Origin: Octopus vulgaris
Taxonomy: Eukaryota
Direction: 5' to 3'
Assembly (NCBI GenBank): GCA_951406725.2
Contig: OX597824.1
Coordinates: 29,326,001 to 29,390,000 of the forward strand
Length of the DNA: 64,000 bases
Below the pieces are notes generated by a model. That model did no database searches and had not been told where the DNA came from. It saw nothing but the letters and a program-made list of their open reading frames with translations. Made by a program: the position numbers and the translations under genes. Each line of letters opens with the position of its first letter. The first letter of the stretch is position 1. Below are positions 12,853 through 27,357 of this stretch, piece by piece.

Positions 12853-13238
12853 TGGAAGCACTCCGTCGGTTACGACGACGAGGGTTCCGGTTGATCCGAA
12901 TCAACGGAACAGCCTGCTCGTGAAATTAACGTGTAAGTGGCTGAGCACTCCACAGACACGTGCACCCTTAACGTAGTTCTCGGGGATATTCAGCGTGACA
13001 CAGAGAGTGACAAGGCCGGCCCTTTGAAATACAGGTAGAACAGAAACAGGAAGTAAGAGTGAGAGAAAGTTGTGGTGAAAGAGTACAGCAGGGATCACCA
13101 CCATCCCCTGCCGGAGCCTCGTGGAACTTTTAGGTGTTTTCGCTCAATAAACACTCACAACGCCCGGTCTGGGAATCGAAACCGCGATCCTATGACCGCG
13201 AGTCCGCTGCCCTAACCACTGGGCCATTGCACCTCCAC
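12853..13238 (-). mobile_element. tRNA-derived SINE family C (tail type 1)
   Basis: Minus-strand head GTGGAGGTGCAATGGCCCAGTGGTTAGGGCAGCGGACTCGCGGTC...GGTTTCGATTCC with A and B boxes; tail ends CCCTCGTCGTCGTAACCGACGGAGTGCTTCCA. Tail homologues at ~52212-52350 and ~63247-63586. Confidence 0.88.
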
Positions 13239-13763
13239 ATGAATATGTATGTACTCCACTGTTTGACAACCGGTAGAATATATATACTGAGCCTTAAAAG
13301 GCATATACTATTTGTGATATAATCGATTGAGCCCTTTACGTCGCTACCCATCCATGGCTGTCCAATAATTGTAGTACGTAAGAAATAAAGATATTTCAGT
13401 AAGAAAGTATCTTTTTTTCTCCATAAGCCGGCAGAATCGTCAGCGCATCGCGGAAAATGCGTCCTGGTTTACGTTCCGAGTTCAAATCCTGCCGAGGTCA
13501 TCTGTGTTTTCATTCTTTTGGAGTTGTGAAATAAAGTACCAGTGATGCGCTGGTGTCACTGAAACTGACATACTCCTTCTTCCTAGAGTAACCAACCTTA
13601 TACCACTGTTTGTTTCAAATTTCAGCACGCGGCCAGCAAGTTCAGTGGATTGAGTAATTCGATTACAACGATCTTAGTGCTCAACTCATACTTATTTTAT
13701 CGATTCCGAAAGGCTGATATTTAAATCGGCTTTTGCGGAAATTGAACTCAGAACCTAAACCCG

Positions 13764-14073
13764 GTGGAGACACAAGGCCTAATGGTTAGAGCAGCGGACT
13801 CGCGGTCGAGGGATCATGGGTTCGAATCTTAGACTGGGCGATGTGTGTGTTTATGAGCGAAACACCTAAGTGCCACGCGGCTCCGGTAGAAAGTAACGGC
13901 GAACTTCTGCTGACTCTTTCGCCACAACTTTCTCTCACACTTTCGTCGTACATCTAGCAGCTCACCTGCAATGGACCGGAGTCCCGTCCAGGTTGAGGGA
14001 ACCTATATGCCAATGAATCCGGGAAACCGGCCCTTATGAACCACGTATGGCTCAAGAAGGAACAAACAGCAAC
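13764..14073 (+). mobile_element. SINE with family C head and V-domain-like tail, nested in a minus-strand family B SINE
   Basis: Same head as 13238-13160; body CCTGCAATGGACCGGAGTCCCGTCCAGG resembles the V-SINE domain; ends AACAAACAGCAAC; imperfect TSD ACCTAAACCCG / ACGTAAACACG; host family B halves at ~13615-13763 and ~14074-14143. Confidence 0.8.
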
Positions 14074-14510
14074 ACGTAAACACGAGCGATATGCTGCTAG
14101 GCATTTCGCCCGGCGCGCTAATGGTTCTGGCTAACTCGCTAACTTACCTGATATTTGAGACCATTATGAATATATCAAAATATTTTGATAGTATTTTTTG
14201 TTTACAAAGAGCAACTTTACCTCAAAATATATAACCACATTGTTATTGAACGAGAATATTTCGATGAGAAGCGCTCAAAGCATTGTTTCAGTGACTAGCC
14301 GAAAACTGCACTTGGTGTTGCTATTGTTGTTGCACTTTCAGCTACAGACGCTGTTGTCGATGATTTGGCCATTCTGTGAGTATTCTCCATTCTTCGCTTT
14401 TGGATGTCAAATCTTTCATGTCAACCGTCTCTCATTTTAGGTAAGTATTTCACGTATCGTAAACATATAAGACCATTTCGTCTTAAATTTTGTTATTTAT
14501 CATCATTTTT

Positions 14511-14568
<58 letters not shown>

Positions 14569-14673
14569 GTATCTTTAATCGTCATCAGCTCTCATTATTT
14601 TTACTATTTTTATTATCGTTATTTTTACTTTATTTTTAGTATAAATTATTATTTGTGTTATCATTATCGTTAA

Positions 14674-14730
<57 letters not shown>

Positions 14731-15519
14731 CCTTTTGCAGCATCACCGTCGGCCATTTTGGATGTGTGTGCGCGTATGTGTGTGTGTGTATATGTGCGAG
14801 TGTATTTGTATGTGTTGTCATTTTGCCTCGAGTCTATTCTACAGTATGCACAAAAAAAAAGAAAAAAAAAAAGAAGATGAGAAGCAAGTACAACCACTTT
14901 ACAAGGTCAACTTAAGTTTATACATCTTTGATGTGAATAACACAAAAGAATTTGACCTTTCGGCAATGGAATAGAAAGTAGAAAGTTTACATTTCTCTAG
15001 CTTAACCTGAATTTTGTTCATCTAGAATTATTCAAAGAATATCTTCGGGCAAAATGGCTGCCAGCAACTGCCAACAGCAGCGCAGAAAGAAAAAAAACAA
15101 CAACACATTGCCTACATCGGTATTTCTGTTTGCGTGAAATTTTGCGTGTTTTTCAGTATGTTTGTGTGTAGTGTGTGCACTGTGTATGCGTCAGAGTGTG
15201 TCGGTGGGTGTTTGCGTGTTTGAGTATGAGCGCGTGTCTCTGTGTCTCTGTCTGGTAGGATGTCTGTATGCGAGCGTGCGTTTGTATGTGTGTTTGTGTG
15301 AGAGTGCTTGTCTGTATGTGAGCATGTGTATGTGTGTCTGCGTGTGTTTGTGTGAGTTACTGTGTCTGTGTGTGTCTGCGTGTGTCTATGTGTGAGCGTG
15401 CGTGCGTGCCTGTCTTTATATGTGTGTATGTTTTGATTGTGCTGGATCTTGTAGACAACGTAGCATATCATTATTGAGTATTCTTCAGTAGAAGATAAGT
15501 GAAATAATACAGAGACATA

Positions 15520-15550
<31 letters not shown>

Positions 15551-15761
15551 ACAAACTCACAAATAAATAAATGAATAAATAAATAAACAAATAAATACAT
15601 ATGTAAATAACGAAGTAAATAAACAAGAAACTATATGGTTTTTGAATGTGATGATGAAGATCGAAGCGTGAGAGATATCTGGTAATTCAACAGAGATGAG
15701 AGTCTCGTATCAGAAGCAACGGTGAACTTCGTGTGCGTGTGTGTCTGTGTGTATGTATGTG

Positions 15762-15884
<123 letters not shown>

Positions 15885-16039
15885 TTATTTATTATTTTAT
15901 TGCAGATTTTTCGTGTTGTAGTTTTTTAAGTGAAAAGGCGACCACAATGAACTAACTAAAGCATTCATTATCGACTATTTAAGTCTGGACAAAGTCCTTG
16001 CATACGTATACATACACATTATATATAGCTATGTGTGTG

Positions 16040-16070
<31 letters not shown>

Positions 16071-16297
16071 ACGTGAGTTATGTATACGCAGGCGACCAAG
16101 TGTGTATGCATCTACAGACACGTACCCACACGGACGGACGCACGCACGCATACTCAGAATCATGTGGAAAGATAGGTAAAAACGCACAAAGTAAAAGTAA
16201 GTTACACGTAGGTAACAACTATATTCGGCAAAAATGTTCTCTGTCAATCTCACCAGTATTGTCGTCGTCGTCGCTGTCATCATCGTCGTCGTCGTCG

Positions 16298-16329
<32 letters not shown>

Positions 16330-17139
16330 ATCGTCGTCAATATAAGCTTCATTATCAGCAGCAGCATATTGCAAGCAATACGCAATCATTATATCTTAAT
16401 CCATATACATGTACATGCGTACGTACATACATACATATATACATACACACACACACATATACACACACAGAGTGATGCACATGCTCACAAAGCGCGCACA
16501 TAACCGCATACACACACACATTCACGAACATATATTGAGAGATATATACAAATACAAGTATATCAAATACAATACAATATAAATTCCGTGTCTAGAAGAT
16601 ATATCATAATTATGAAATCACAATAAAGACCAGCTCCATTTGAGAAGGGGTAATAATCTCAAAAATATAAAATTCTACAAAAATGACATGCCACTTAAAG
16701 AACATGACAGATATATTGTCTTGAAATAAACAGGACAGTCGTGGACACACGGACACACGCACTCATTTATTCATCTGTTATCAGTGCCAAGCAGTGCTTG
16801 GGCATAGGCGAGCTTCTTATTAGTTGAAATATGTTCGAGACATATTTCCATCTCTAAACGCAAATTCACTGCAGTGACGGAGGGGAAAAAATTCTTTCAT
16901 ATGGTGAAAAAGGTATAAAAACACCATATCTGTCCAGTGTCGCCCCCAACCTCTTTCGAATCTCCAGACGCAGCGTTTCTAGCTCTTGAGACGTTACCTA
17001 TGGGAAATACCAAAGATAGGTAACTTTGACTAAGTGTAAAGACGTAACTTCAAGTAAGACATAGTCAATAACATCGACTCAGCAGCGCTTGTAGACCCCG
17101 CCAGGTTGGAAGAAATTCAGCAGTATCAGCGCGTTTCGC

Positions 17140-17180
<41 letters not shown>

Positions 17181-17250
17181 TTTGTGTGTGTGTGTGTATG
17201 TGTGTGTATGTGTGTGTGTGCGTGCGCGCGTGTGTGTGTGTATGTGTGTA

Positions 17251-17510
<260 letters not shown>

Positions 17511-18468
17511 ATTTTAACGTATAGGTGCTGGCATTCTAGAGCCCTTGTAAATAAGTATTTTTTTATAATTATATACTTAAAAATTAATTTTACTGCTACG
17601 TTCACTTTTTATATATTAGACACTGATATAATCATTTTAATGATTATATCCTTAATTTATAAGTGTGTGTGTGTGTATATAAATATATATATAAATACAA
17701 AATGGGACAAGAACGCAAAACATTCAAGTAGACGATACAAAAAACACGGACGGGTCATTCGAAGCCTCTAATCTTCAGTCAAGAACCGGATCATCCTCGC
17801 AATTTCGGAGCTGCCGCCGTGTTTCATTCTATTAAATCCGCTCACAAGGCGCTGGTCGATCCGGAGCTGTAGTAGAAGACGCTTACCCGAGATGCCACTC
17901 AGAGGGACTGAACCCGAAACTATTTGGTTGCTAAGCCTGATTCCTAACCACATAGCCATGTCTGCACCTAATACAATATTTCCTCAGAATGAAAAAAAAA
18001 GCGTAAAACAATAACAGCAAAAAAGGAACAGTAGTCGCAGATAGAGAAGAAGCCACGTGTTCTGATAGTATAGCTGTGAAAATGGTGTTTATGTCAACAC
18101 TCCTGGGGAGTAGTACAACAGTAATTATTTAGTATAATAGCTACAACAACAGTTATGTTTTGTGTTAAACTAACAACCATGTGATGTACTACAAGCAGTA
18201 GTCACGTGGTGCACAACAGTGGTGCTGGCAATATATACTTTTGTTTATTGTATATATTTTCTGTCACCACCAGCCGATGTATGGAAGATTACTTGTAGCA
18301 GCTAAATTTCCCTCAGCTTTATACACTTCGAACAAAATAGTTTTCAAGAGTAGCCGTTTTTATTCCAATCTGATTGAGCTATGGAGGATGTTCTGTTATT
18401 TCTTTTTTTTTTTGTGCGTGCGTGCGTGCGTGAGTCTAATTTTGGTTAATTTCGAATTACTCTTTTAA

Positions 18469-18884
18469 TCTTTACTCTTTTACTTGTTTTAGTCATTTGA
18501 CTGCGGCCATGCTGGAGCACCGCCTTTAGTCTAGCAAATCGACCCCCAGGGCTTATTCTTTGGAAGCCTAGTACTTATTCTACCGGTCTCTTTTGCCGAA
18601 CCGCTAAGTTACGGGGACGTAAACACACCACCATCAAGCAATGTTGGTGGTGGTGGTGGGGGGACGAACGCAGACACACAAACATATACACACACATACA
18701 TATATATGTGTGTGTGTGTGTGCGTGTACACATATATACGACGGGCTTCTTTCAGTTTCCGTCTACCAAATCCACTCACAAGGCATTGGTCGGCCCGAGG
18801 CTATAGTAGAAGACACATGCCCAAGATGCCACGCAGTTGGACTGAACCCGGAACCATGTGGTTGGTAAGGAAGCTACTTATCAC
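18469..18884 (-). mobile_element. SINE family A
   Basis: Reverse-complement homology to 1426-1850; extreme 5' end eroded. Confidence 0.88.
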
Positions 18885-19696
18885 GAATTGGTAAAAACGT
18901 GATAAAAAACGAAAGGAGAATTCTCAAATGTGCGTTTTCTCTCTATGATATTTTTTTCATCTTTTATCGTTTTCTTGTTTCAGTCATTAGACTGCGGCCA
19001 TGCTGGACTTATTTGCTTTTTTTCAAGCGCGTTACTTATTCTACCGGTCTCTTTTTTGCCGAACCGTTAAGTTACGGTGAGGTAAACACACCAACAGCGA
19101 TTGTCAAGCGGTGGTGAAGGGCAAACACACACACAAGCATACGCACACATGAACATACTCACACATACATACATACATACGTACATACATACATACATAC
19201 ATACATACATACATACATACATACATACACACATACACACACATACACACAGACATATATATACATACATACATGCATGCATACATACTTGCATGCATAC
19301 ATACATACATACATACATACATACATACATACATACATACATACATACATACATACATACATGCATACATACATACATACATACATACATACTTACATAC
19401 GTACATATATACATACGATAGGATATAACGATAGATTAATATTATGTTATATTAAATACGTTTTAATATAGGTGGCTAAAACAATTAAAAACCAAAAAGG
19501 TACAATACATAATTAGGGATGCAAAATAACATCTGCAGTTGCTAGAAATAAGTGCTAAAAATATAACTCGAATGGTGATTTTATGTGGCTATACGAGTTA
19601 TATTTCTAGCACAATTATAGGTGCTATTTTTCACCCTTAATCATATATATATATATATATGTATTATGTATGTATGTATGTTTGTATGTATGCATG

Positions 19697-19731
<35 letters not shown>

Positions 19732-20019
19732 GATGGGCTTCTTTCAGTTTTCATCTACCAGATCCACTCACAAGGCCTATGGTAGTAGACACTTGCCCAA
19801 GATTCCATGCAATGTAACTGAACCTAGAATCTTGTGGTTGGGAAGTAACCTTCTTACTACACAGTTACGCCTGTTTGTGCAAAATTAGTGTAACAGCTTC
19901 ATCAGACACTAAAACGAAATTATGTGACCAGTCATTTCGGCACCAGCTTAATTCTAATCCTTGTTCTTTATCAATTCGAACTTAAGGGGACATATTTTAT
20001 ATATTCAGAGTTTAAGCAT

Positions 20020-20185
20020 CTTTAGAATAACTTTACTCAACTGGATACGCAGGTCGGAGATCAGAGACTCTCTCCAGGTTGAATCGCTCCTTCTCTGTAT
20101 TAGATGTCGCAGCTCCGATACTACGGACTTTGATTACAATGTTATAGGAAAGATAAGTAAGAATAGCAAGACAGACCGCTTCTGA
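20020..20185 (+). pseudogene. RTE-clade LINE C-terminal fragment
   Basis: ITLLNWIRRSEIRDSLQVESLLLCIR followed by frameshifted SQLRYYG matches the RTE 'IRSSEIR...L.VEPLLL.IE.SQLR..GH' region; duplicate at ~30970-31135. Confidence 0.7.
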
Positions 20186-20775
20186 TTGGGCTCTATGGTG
20201 AGTGCGTTACATTATAAGTCACAAAAGGACCCTCCCCAGACACAACAGAATATGCTTTAACACACGAACTCATGTAAAGAATCTTGCAAACCAAATCCAA
20301 AAACGAAATATATACTCCATGTTAGATCGAACAGGTAGTGGAGGCTAGATACCATTATACCGGGCCCTTCAACGCTTATTAGTTACTCCTGCCATAGTTG
20401 CATGTACAATGATTTTCCTAAATGTTTTAGGAGTATACGTAGCTGTTAGCATAGACAGCATCTAGGGGGACCCCATCATTGCCGTAGGCGAACATCATGC
20501 AGGATATTGGTCTCAACCAACAATTGGCTGCGGTTGGTTTACAACTGAGTAGTCTAAAACAGCGTGCAATAAAGTATTTTGCTAAAAATTCGATGCCCGC
20601 TTGAGGAATTGAACCCACGACTTTATTAAATGATTGCAGGTTTGACCTCAAGACGAGACAACTTCACCTGATTTACTCATGTATCTCTTTTTCACGCTTT
20701 GCCCGTCTGTCTATCTAAACACACAGACGCACACACATATATGAATATATACAAATAAGATAAAAGAGTAACGAT

Positions 20776-21029
20776 CCCCTTCAGTCATGAATGACCATGG
20801 GACTCCCCTCCGAGGAACAAGTTCAGACAAGTTTGTTTGTGGAAGACCAGCAGTCAAGGAAGCATAAAAGTTTCCCCCACCTCTCCACGCATCTGACGTT
20901 ATCCAATGGAAAGGCAATACAGCTTGGCACCACTGACGTCCCAACAAAGCTGAGTAAACTGGAGCAACATGAAATAAAGTGTATTGCTCAAGAGCACAAC
21001 ACCCAGACCGGAATCGAACTCAATACCTC

Positions 21030-21030
<1 letters not shown>
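20776..21030 (-). mobile_element. SINE family D (degenerate; RTE-like 3' tail)
   Basis: Minus strand has GTTCGATTCC B box, TGTGCTCTTGAGCAATACACTTTATTTC core and a CCCATGGTCATTCATGACTGAAGGGG terminal stem-loop; duplicate at ~31727-31981. Confidence 0.65.
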
Positions 21031-21062
<32 letters not shown>

Positions 21063-21073
21063 CATATATAATA

Positions 21074-21134
<61 letters not shown>

Positions 21135-21404
21135 TACCCATGCATACATATACGCACACACACATGTACATACATCCCCCCCACACTCACAAACATGTGT
21201 GTATGCAAATTTGTGTCTATGTATATGTATTTACGGAAAGTCAAAGTTTCCCTTTAAAGTTACCCCGGTTTTCATTCCAGATTCAGCGACTCGGAGTATC
21301 GTACACAATATCTACAGATTATTTCAATAAATGCATAAACTCCGAATCAAGTAAATATTACTCTATACCTGTTTCGCATTTAAAGTACACACATTTTCGT
21401 ACTC

Positions 21405-21600
21405 CCTTCTTCCTCTCACTCCTACCCTTTTTCTTTCCTCTCCTTCCCACCTTTTTCCCTTCCTCTGCTTCCCACCTTTTTCCCTTCCTCTCTTTTCCAC
21501 CTTTTTCCCTTCCTCTCTTTCCCACCTTTTTCTCTTCCTTTCCCTCCCACCTTTTTCTCTTTCTCCTTTTATTCCTCCCCTTTTCTCCTTCCTTTCTCTC
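21405..21600 (+). repeat. Polypyrimidine minisatellite-like tract
   Basis: Almost pure C/T with recurring TTCCCACCTTTTTCCCTTCCTCT-like units; duplicate at ~32352-32548. Confidence 0.8.
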
Positions 21601-21667
21601 TATAATACATACATACATATATATATCTATCTATGTGCTTACATATATATATGTGCGTATATATATT

Positions 21668-22089
21668 ACTCTTTACTCTTTTACTCTTTTACTTGTTTCA
21701 GTCATTAGACTGCGGCCATGCTGGAGCACCGCCTTTAGTCGAGCAACTCGACCCCGGGACTTTATTCTTTTTTTTTTTTTGTAAGCCCAGTACTTATTCT
21801 ATCAGTCTCTTTTTGCCGAACCGCTAAGTGACGGGGACGTAAACACACCAGCATCGGTTGTCAAGCAATGCTAGGGGAACAAACACAAACACACAAACAT
21901 ACACGCATGCATATATATATACATTTATACGACAGGCTTCTTTCAGTTTCCGTCTACCAAATCCACTCACAAGGCATTGGTCGGCCCGGGGCTATAGCAG
22001 AAGACACTTGCCCAAGATGCCACGCAGTGGGACTGAACCCAGAACCATGTGGTTGGTTAGCAAGCTACTTACCACACAGCCACTCCTAC

Positions 22090-22091
<2 letters not shown>
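21668..22091 (-). mobile_element. SINE family A, full length
   Basis: Reverse complement of the family A consensus; duplicate at ~32615-33038. Confidence 0.9.
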
Positions 22092-22133
<42 letters not shown>

Positions 22134-22228
22134 TTATATGTATCCATATATAAGGACATGCTCATACATAAGTACGCATGCACGTATATGTGTATGTATG
22201 TATGTATGTATGTATGTATGTATGTATG

Positions 22229-22283
<55 letters not shown>

Positions 22284-23319
22284 GTATGTATATATATATA
22301 TGGATGGATGGAAATCATGCATGCATGCATGCATGTATAGACGACTATGTACTCATTCAAATTTAATATGCTCAAGAGATGTTTTTTTCTTCTCTCGTTT
22401 CTCATAGGAACGTTTCACAAATCAAACGTCTATTTTCTTTTTCCTGATTTGAGTTTGCTTTCTTATCTACATCAAATCCGATTATACATATATATTATTA
22501 TTATTATATATTACATTATATCATACATCATACATATATGTGTGTATGTATGTGTGTGTGTGTGAATGTTTACGTGTTTTTGTATATGTGTGAAAGAAAC
22601 AGTGCCATACAAAGGAATACACACGTGTACAGCCTTTTTGTTTACATATGTATGCATGCACATGTTTCTGGGGGCCTTTGCACCAGTTTACTGTTTTGCA
22701 GAAAAGACAAACGAAGACCAGTGTTTTAATTGAAATTCAATCCGTGATATTTTTATTCTTGTACCACTACAAATAGTTTATTCATGTTCTAATCTCGCCA
22801 ACATCAACAATCTTTTAAAGACATTTTGTCTGCTTTTTTCCAAGAATATCAGAGAATATTTTTACTTTCTCTCCCATTATGGCCAGCGTCTGTTTCTTAA
22901 TTTTCTCATCTGTTTTTCTTGTTTCTTTCAAACCTCACACACTCTATAACAACTATATGTTTATGCGTACAGGAATCATGTTTTACTCGTGTAATTCATT
23001 GGTTTGCATTCTCATACGAAATCTTGTTTTGTTAACTTCGTTTTTTGTCAAAATAAAAACAAGCGTATATCTCTTTCATCTCACGCCTTATCTACCCATA
23101 TTCCAAAGATTTTCGTAACTAATTATCCAGCACATTTTCAGTTTTTCCATGTTTCATACTTTACTTTCTGTTGTATAATGTTTATTTATATATATTTTTT
23201 ACTTCTCTATATTTTGCTGTGTTTTCTTAAAGCCCTTCGATGCATGTGTGGCCTAATAGCAAACGCCACACCATCACATCGTCATTTCTTATTCCCATTA
23301 AAACCCTAGCATGTGTTAC

Positions 23320-23367
<48 letters not shown>

Positions 23368-23750
23368 TAGAGAAAACCCCTTTACTGAATTGACACCATA
23401 TGAATTTTTCTAAATAAGTGTGTTTAAATTCTTGAGAATGCCACACAACTTTTCATTGGAAGACTTATAAGGAACTGAATCATCCCAAATACTAGAATGG
23501 AACCAATATTATTTTTTGTCCACCAGAGACGCGATTTTTAAATAATGGCTTTAAATTTTAACACAAAGTCTGAAATATCGGGAGGAGGGACTAGTCGATT
23601 ATATCAACCCCAGTGCTCAATTGGTATTTTTTTAATTTTTATTGATTCCGAAAGGAAGAAATGCGAAGTCAGTCTCGGTGGAATTTAAACCCGGAATGAA
23701 ATGAGCCAGAAGAACTGCTAAACATTTCGTCTGACGTGCTGAGGATTGTC

Positions 23751-24160
23751 ATTTCTTTACTGCCCACAAGGGGCTACACACAGAAAGGACAAACAAGGAC
23801 AGACAAACGGATTAAGTCAATTACATCGACCCCAGTGCGTAACTGGTACTTATTTAATCGACCCGAATGGATGAAAGGCAAAGTCGACCTCGGCAGAATT
23901 TGAACTCTGAACGTAACGGCGAACGAAATACCTATTTCTTTACTACCCACAAGGGGCTAAACACAGAGAGGACAAACAAGGACAGACAAACGGATTAAGT
24001 CGATTATATCGACCCCAATGCGTAACTGGTACTTATTTAATCGACCCCGACAGGATGAAAGGCAAAGTCGACCTCGGCGGAATTTGAACTCAGAACGTAA
24101 CGGCAGACGATATACCGCTAAGCACTTCGCCCGGCGCGCTAACGTTTCTGCCAGCTCGTC
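23751..24160 (-). mobile_element. Dimeric SINE family B (Meta/MESC-domain-like)
   Basis: Full monomer plus a 5'-truncated monomer joined at CGAAATACC|TATTTCTT; sense-strand core GCCTTTCATCC...CGGGGTCGAT...AAGTACCAG resembles the Meta/MESC SINE domain; duplicate at ~34745-35155. Confidence 0.85.
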
Positions 24161-25130
24161 ATTTCGATTGTTCTAAATAATAAGCCTTTCTACTATAGAT
24201 AGAAGGCTTGAAATTATGGGGGAGGGGGCTAATTGATTATATTCAGTCCAGTATTCAACTTGTACGTATATTATAGATTCTGATATCATGAAAGTCAAAG
24301 TCGACCTCGGCGGAATTTAAACTCAGCAGGGAACGACGACAGACGAAATGCAACTAAGCATTTTGTCCGGCGTGCTAATGAATCTGCCAAGCCACCGAAA
24401 TAATTTTAATTGTGTCTACAGACTAAAACAGTCGAAACATAATCTTCATTTATTGGATTAGGTACAGAGTTAATTATAGTGATTAATGTTTATTAAATAT
24501 TCTCACACTGCGCAGAACATTTTCATAGGCGCAGGCGTGGTTGTGAAGTAAGAAGTTTACCTTCCAACCACACGTTTCTGGGCTCAATCCCACTGCGTGA
24601 AAGCTTGCGCAAGTGTCTTTAATTGTAACCTCGGGCTAACCAAAGCCTTATGAGTGGATTTGGTAAACGGAAACTAAAGGAAGCCCTGCCTATGTGTGGA
24701 CATGTGTGTGTGTGTGTGACAGAGGATGTCATCCGCCACTGTTTGATAACCGGTGTTAGTGTTTTTACTTCCCCCGTAACCTAGCAGTTCGGTAAGGCAA
24801 GGCCGATAGAATAAGTACCAGTCTTAAAAAATAAGTACTTATATACATACACACATATTATACATACATGCATATTACACATACATACATACATACATAC
24901 GTACGTAGTACATACATACATTCGCACGTACGTACATATAGACGCAGAATAGGCTTGTGCTATGAAGATTTTGGTTTTGAACAATGTGGCTTCAAGTTCA
25001 ATTCCACGCCGTGGCACTTTAGGCAGGTGTGCTCTACTATGCCGCAGTCTGGTGAGTTAATATGGCCAATGTGAACTGTATAGATGTATGTATTTATGTA
25101 TGTATGTATGTATGTATGTATGTATGTATG

Positions 25131-25232
<102 letters not shown>

Positions 25233-25832
25233 ATTCGACTAAAAATTCTTCACGGCGACGCCTCAGCATGACCCCAGTCTTATGACTGAAACAAAAATAT
25301 TGGCTTCAGATTTTGGCAAAAGGCCAGCAATTTAGGGGTCGGGATTAAATCGATTACATTGATCCCAGGGTTCAACTGGTACTTATTTTATCGATTCCGA
25401 AGGATGAAAGGCAAAGTCAACCTAGTCAGAATTAGAACCCTGAATGTAAAGACGGAGAAAATGCTTAACTGCATTTTGCTCGACGTGGTAACGATTCTGA
25501 CAGCTCCCCGCCCTAATATTCATTATTCATTAATATTAAGTCCATTCTATTTCAAATTATCGGTTATAAATAGTTATCAGTTTAAAGTTAATTAATTCTT
25601 TTAAATTAAATGAATTGGATAATATATAGATCAAACAAAGACCTAACAGGACGAAGAAAATAGGTCAATGTTAAAACAAGTTCTTCATTTGTTTCAGTAT
25701 AATTACTAAGTAATTACTAAAGAATTTAATCGAATTATTCTCTCTCAACATTATCTGTTTCAAGTTGTGTATATTATGTTTATTCAGACTAAATCCGTCA
25801 TGATTTAAGTTCTTTGTTTAATTGTTGTAATA

Positions 25833-27103
25833 TCAAGCTGAGTAAAAAGTAAGCAACGTTTCGAAACATGAAATTCATCAAAATATATTTCAACAATGCG
25901 GAAATTTTATTCATCAAAGTAAGTACAATTACAATCAACACATTTTTGCCAGCGAGTTACAGGTTGTTAATTGTGGTAACATAAAAACCTGGAGTTCTGG
26001 AGCTGATGAACTCTTTGAATGCACTTTCAGCATCGGTTTGATTTTGGAACTCCTTCTCTCACAGGAAACCATCAAGGTATTTCAAAAAGTGGTCCTCGGT
26101 AGGAGAAAGATCTGGGGAATAAGCTGGATGAGAAAGAAATTCGTAGCTAAGTTCCTTCAACTTCTGGAGCACCATTAGTGAAACGTGTGGTGAAGCATTG
26201 TCATGAAGAATGATTGACCCTCTTCTGTTGACCAATCTTGAATGGAGGAGTAGCAGTTATTCGTTCATTTTGGCAATTTCATGACAATATTTTTCTACAG
26301 TTATGGTTTTTCCGGGTTTTAAGTAATTATAGTCCAGCAGTACATCGCCAAAAAGTCACCATGATCTTTTTCAAGAGCTCGGGTTTAAGGAAGGTTTTCG
26401 TTGCTTCATTTTGGTCTATCCACTGCGAAGAACGTTTTTTATTATTGTATAGAATCCACTTTTCATTGCAAGTTACATTACGATCGCGAAATGGACCGGT
26501 CTGTTTACGGAAAAGAAACGACAAGCACATTTCATATCTGCGCATTTTCTTATTTTCATTCAAATCGTGTGCTACTCATTTGTCGAGCTTTTTTGATTTT
26601 CAGATCGCACACAAATGGTGGCAGGCAATTTTCTGGCTAACTTGAAGTTCTTTTGCTAGCTCTCGAGTGGTTACGTGGATCTTTCTCAATGACGGTCTTT
26701 AACTGACCGTCATCGATAACAGATGGGCGTCCATTACGTTCACAGTCTTCAAAGGCTCAGGTCTTCACCGCAAAATCGTTTAAAGTATTTTCGAGCTGGC
26801 CACTCACTGGTCATTTCCTCACCAAATGTTTCGTTGATATCGCGAGCAGTTCAGCTGTTTTACGTCCTTTTATGAAGTTGAATAGCAAGATTGCTCGAAT
26901 ATCGTTTTTGACAGTTCAGTTTCAGATGATTGTAACAACGGGGGCGGGGGGAATCAATGTTAATTTATTGATGCATTTGGGTTGTATCTATGTCTGTATC
27001 ATCAGACAATTGCAAAAGAATATTTAAAAAGTTCAAAACCCTGAAAAAATCCGGTACCAATTCTTCATGGTTCAAAACGTTGCTTACTTTTTACTCGATC
27101 TGA
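25833..27103 (-). mobile_element. Near full-length mariner transposon (D,D34D-type transposase pseudogene)
   Basis: TA TSDs; ~40 bp TIRs TCAAGCTGAGTAAAAAGTAAGCAACGTTTCGAAACATGAA / TTCATGGTTCAAAACGTTGCTTACTTTTTACTCGATCTGA; minus-strand motifs VTCNEKWILYNN, HDNASPH and HPAYSPDLSPTEDH; stops and frameshifts present; 1271 bp. Confidence 0.95.
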
Positions 27104-27357
27104 TAGATAATTGCATAGTAACAAAATTTGATATTAAACTTCGAATACACTTTTGATTTTTTCAGTAGCTTCAAATGTTTTGGACTGATGGACGAAACTG
27201 CCTCTTCGTCTTTCGTGTTCTAACTGCGTATTTTCCACTTCACTATTAATTATCATTGTTCATAATGGCGCTAGTTTAATACAAATTCATATTTCAATAC
27301 GTATATTCATGATACATTTTATAGAATATAGGGAGGAAGTGGGTAATTATTTAGAAC

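Noticed and set aside
12853-13238. tRNA gene calls for SINE heads
   Set aside because: A/B boxes are present but there is no complete cloverleaf or acceptor stem, and each continues into a repeat body.
19886-19911. Minus-strand TAGTGT-CTGATGA-AGCTGTT-ACACTA resembling a hammerhead
   Set aside because: Stem II and GAAA are absent; too short to separate from chance.
23560-24400. Repeated ~180 bp units suggestive of a CRISPR or satellite array
   Set aside because: They are stacked family B SINE monomers in eukaryotic DNA; no short repeat-spacer periodicity and no cas genes.
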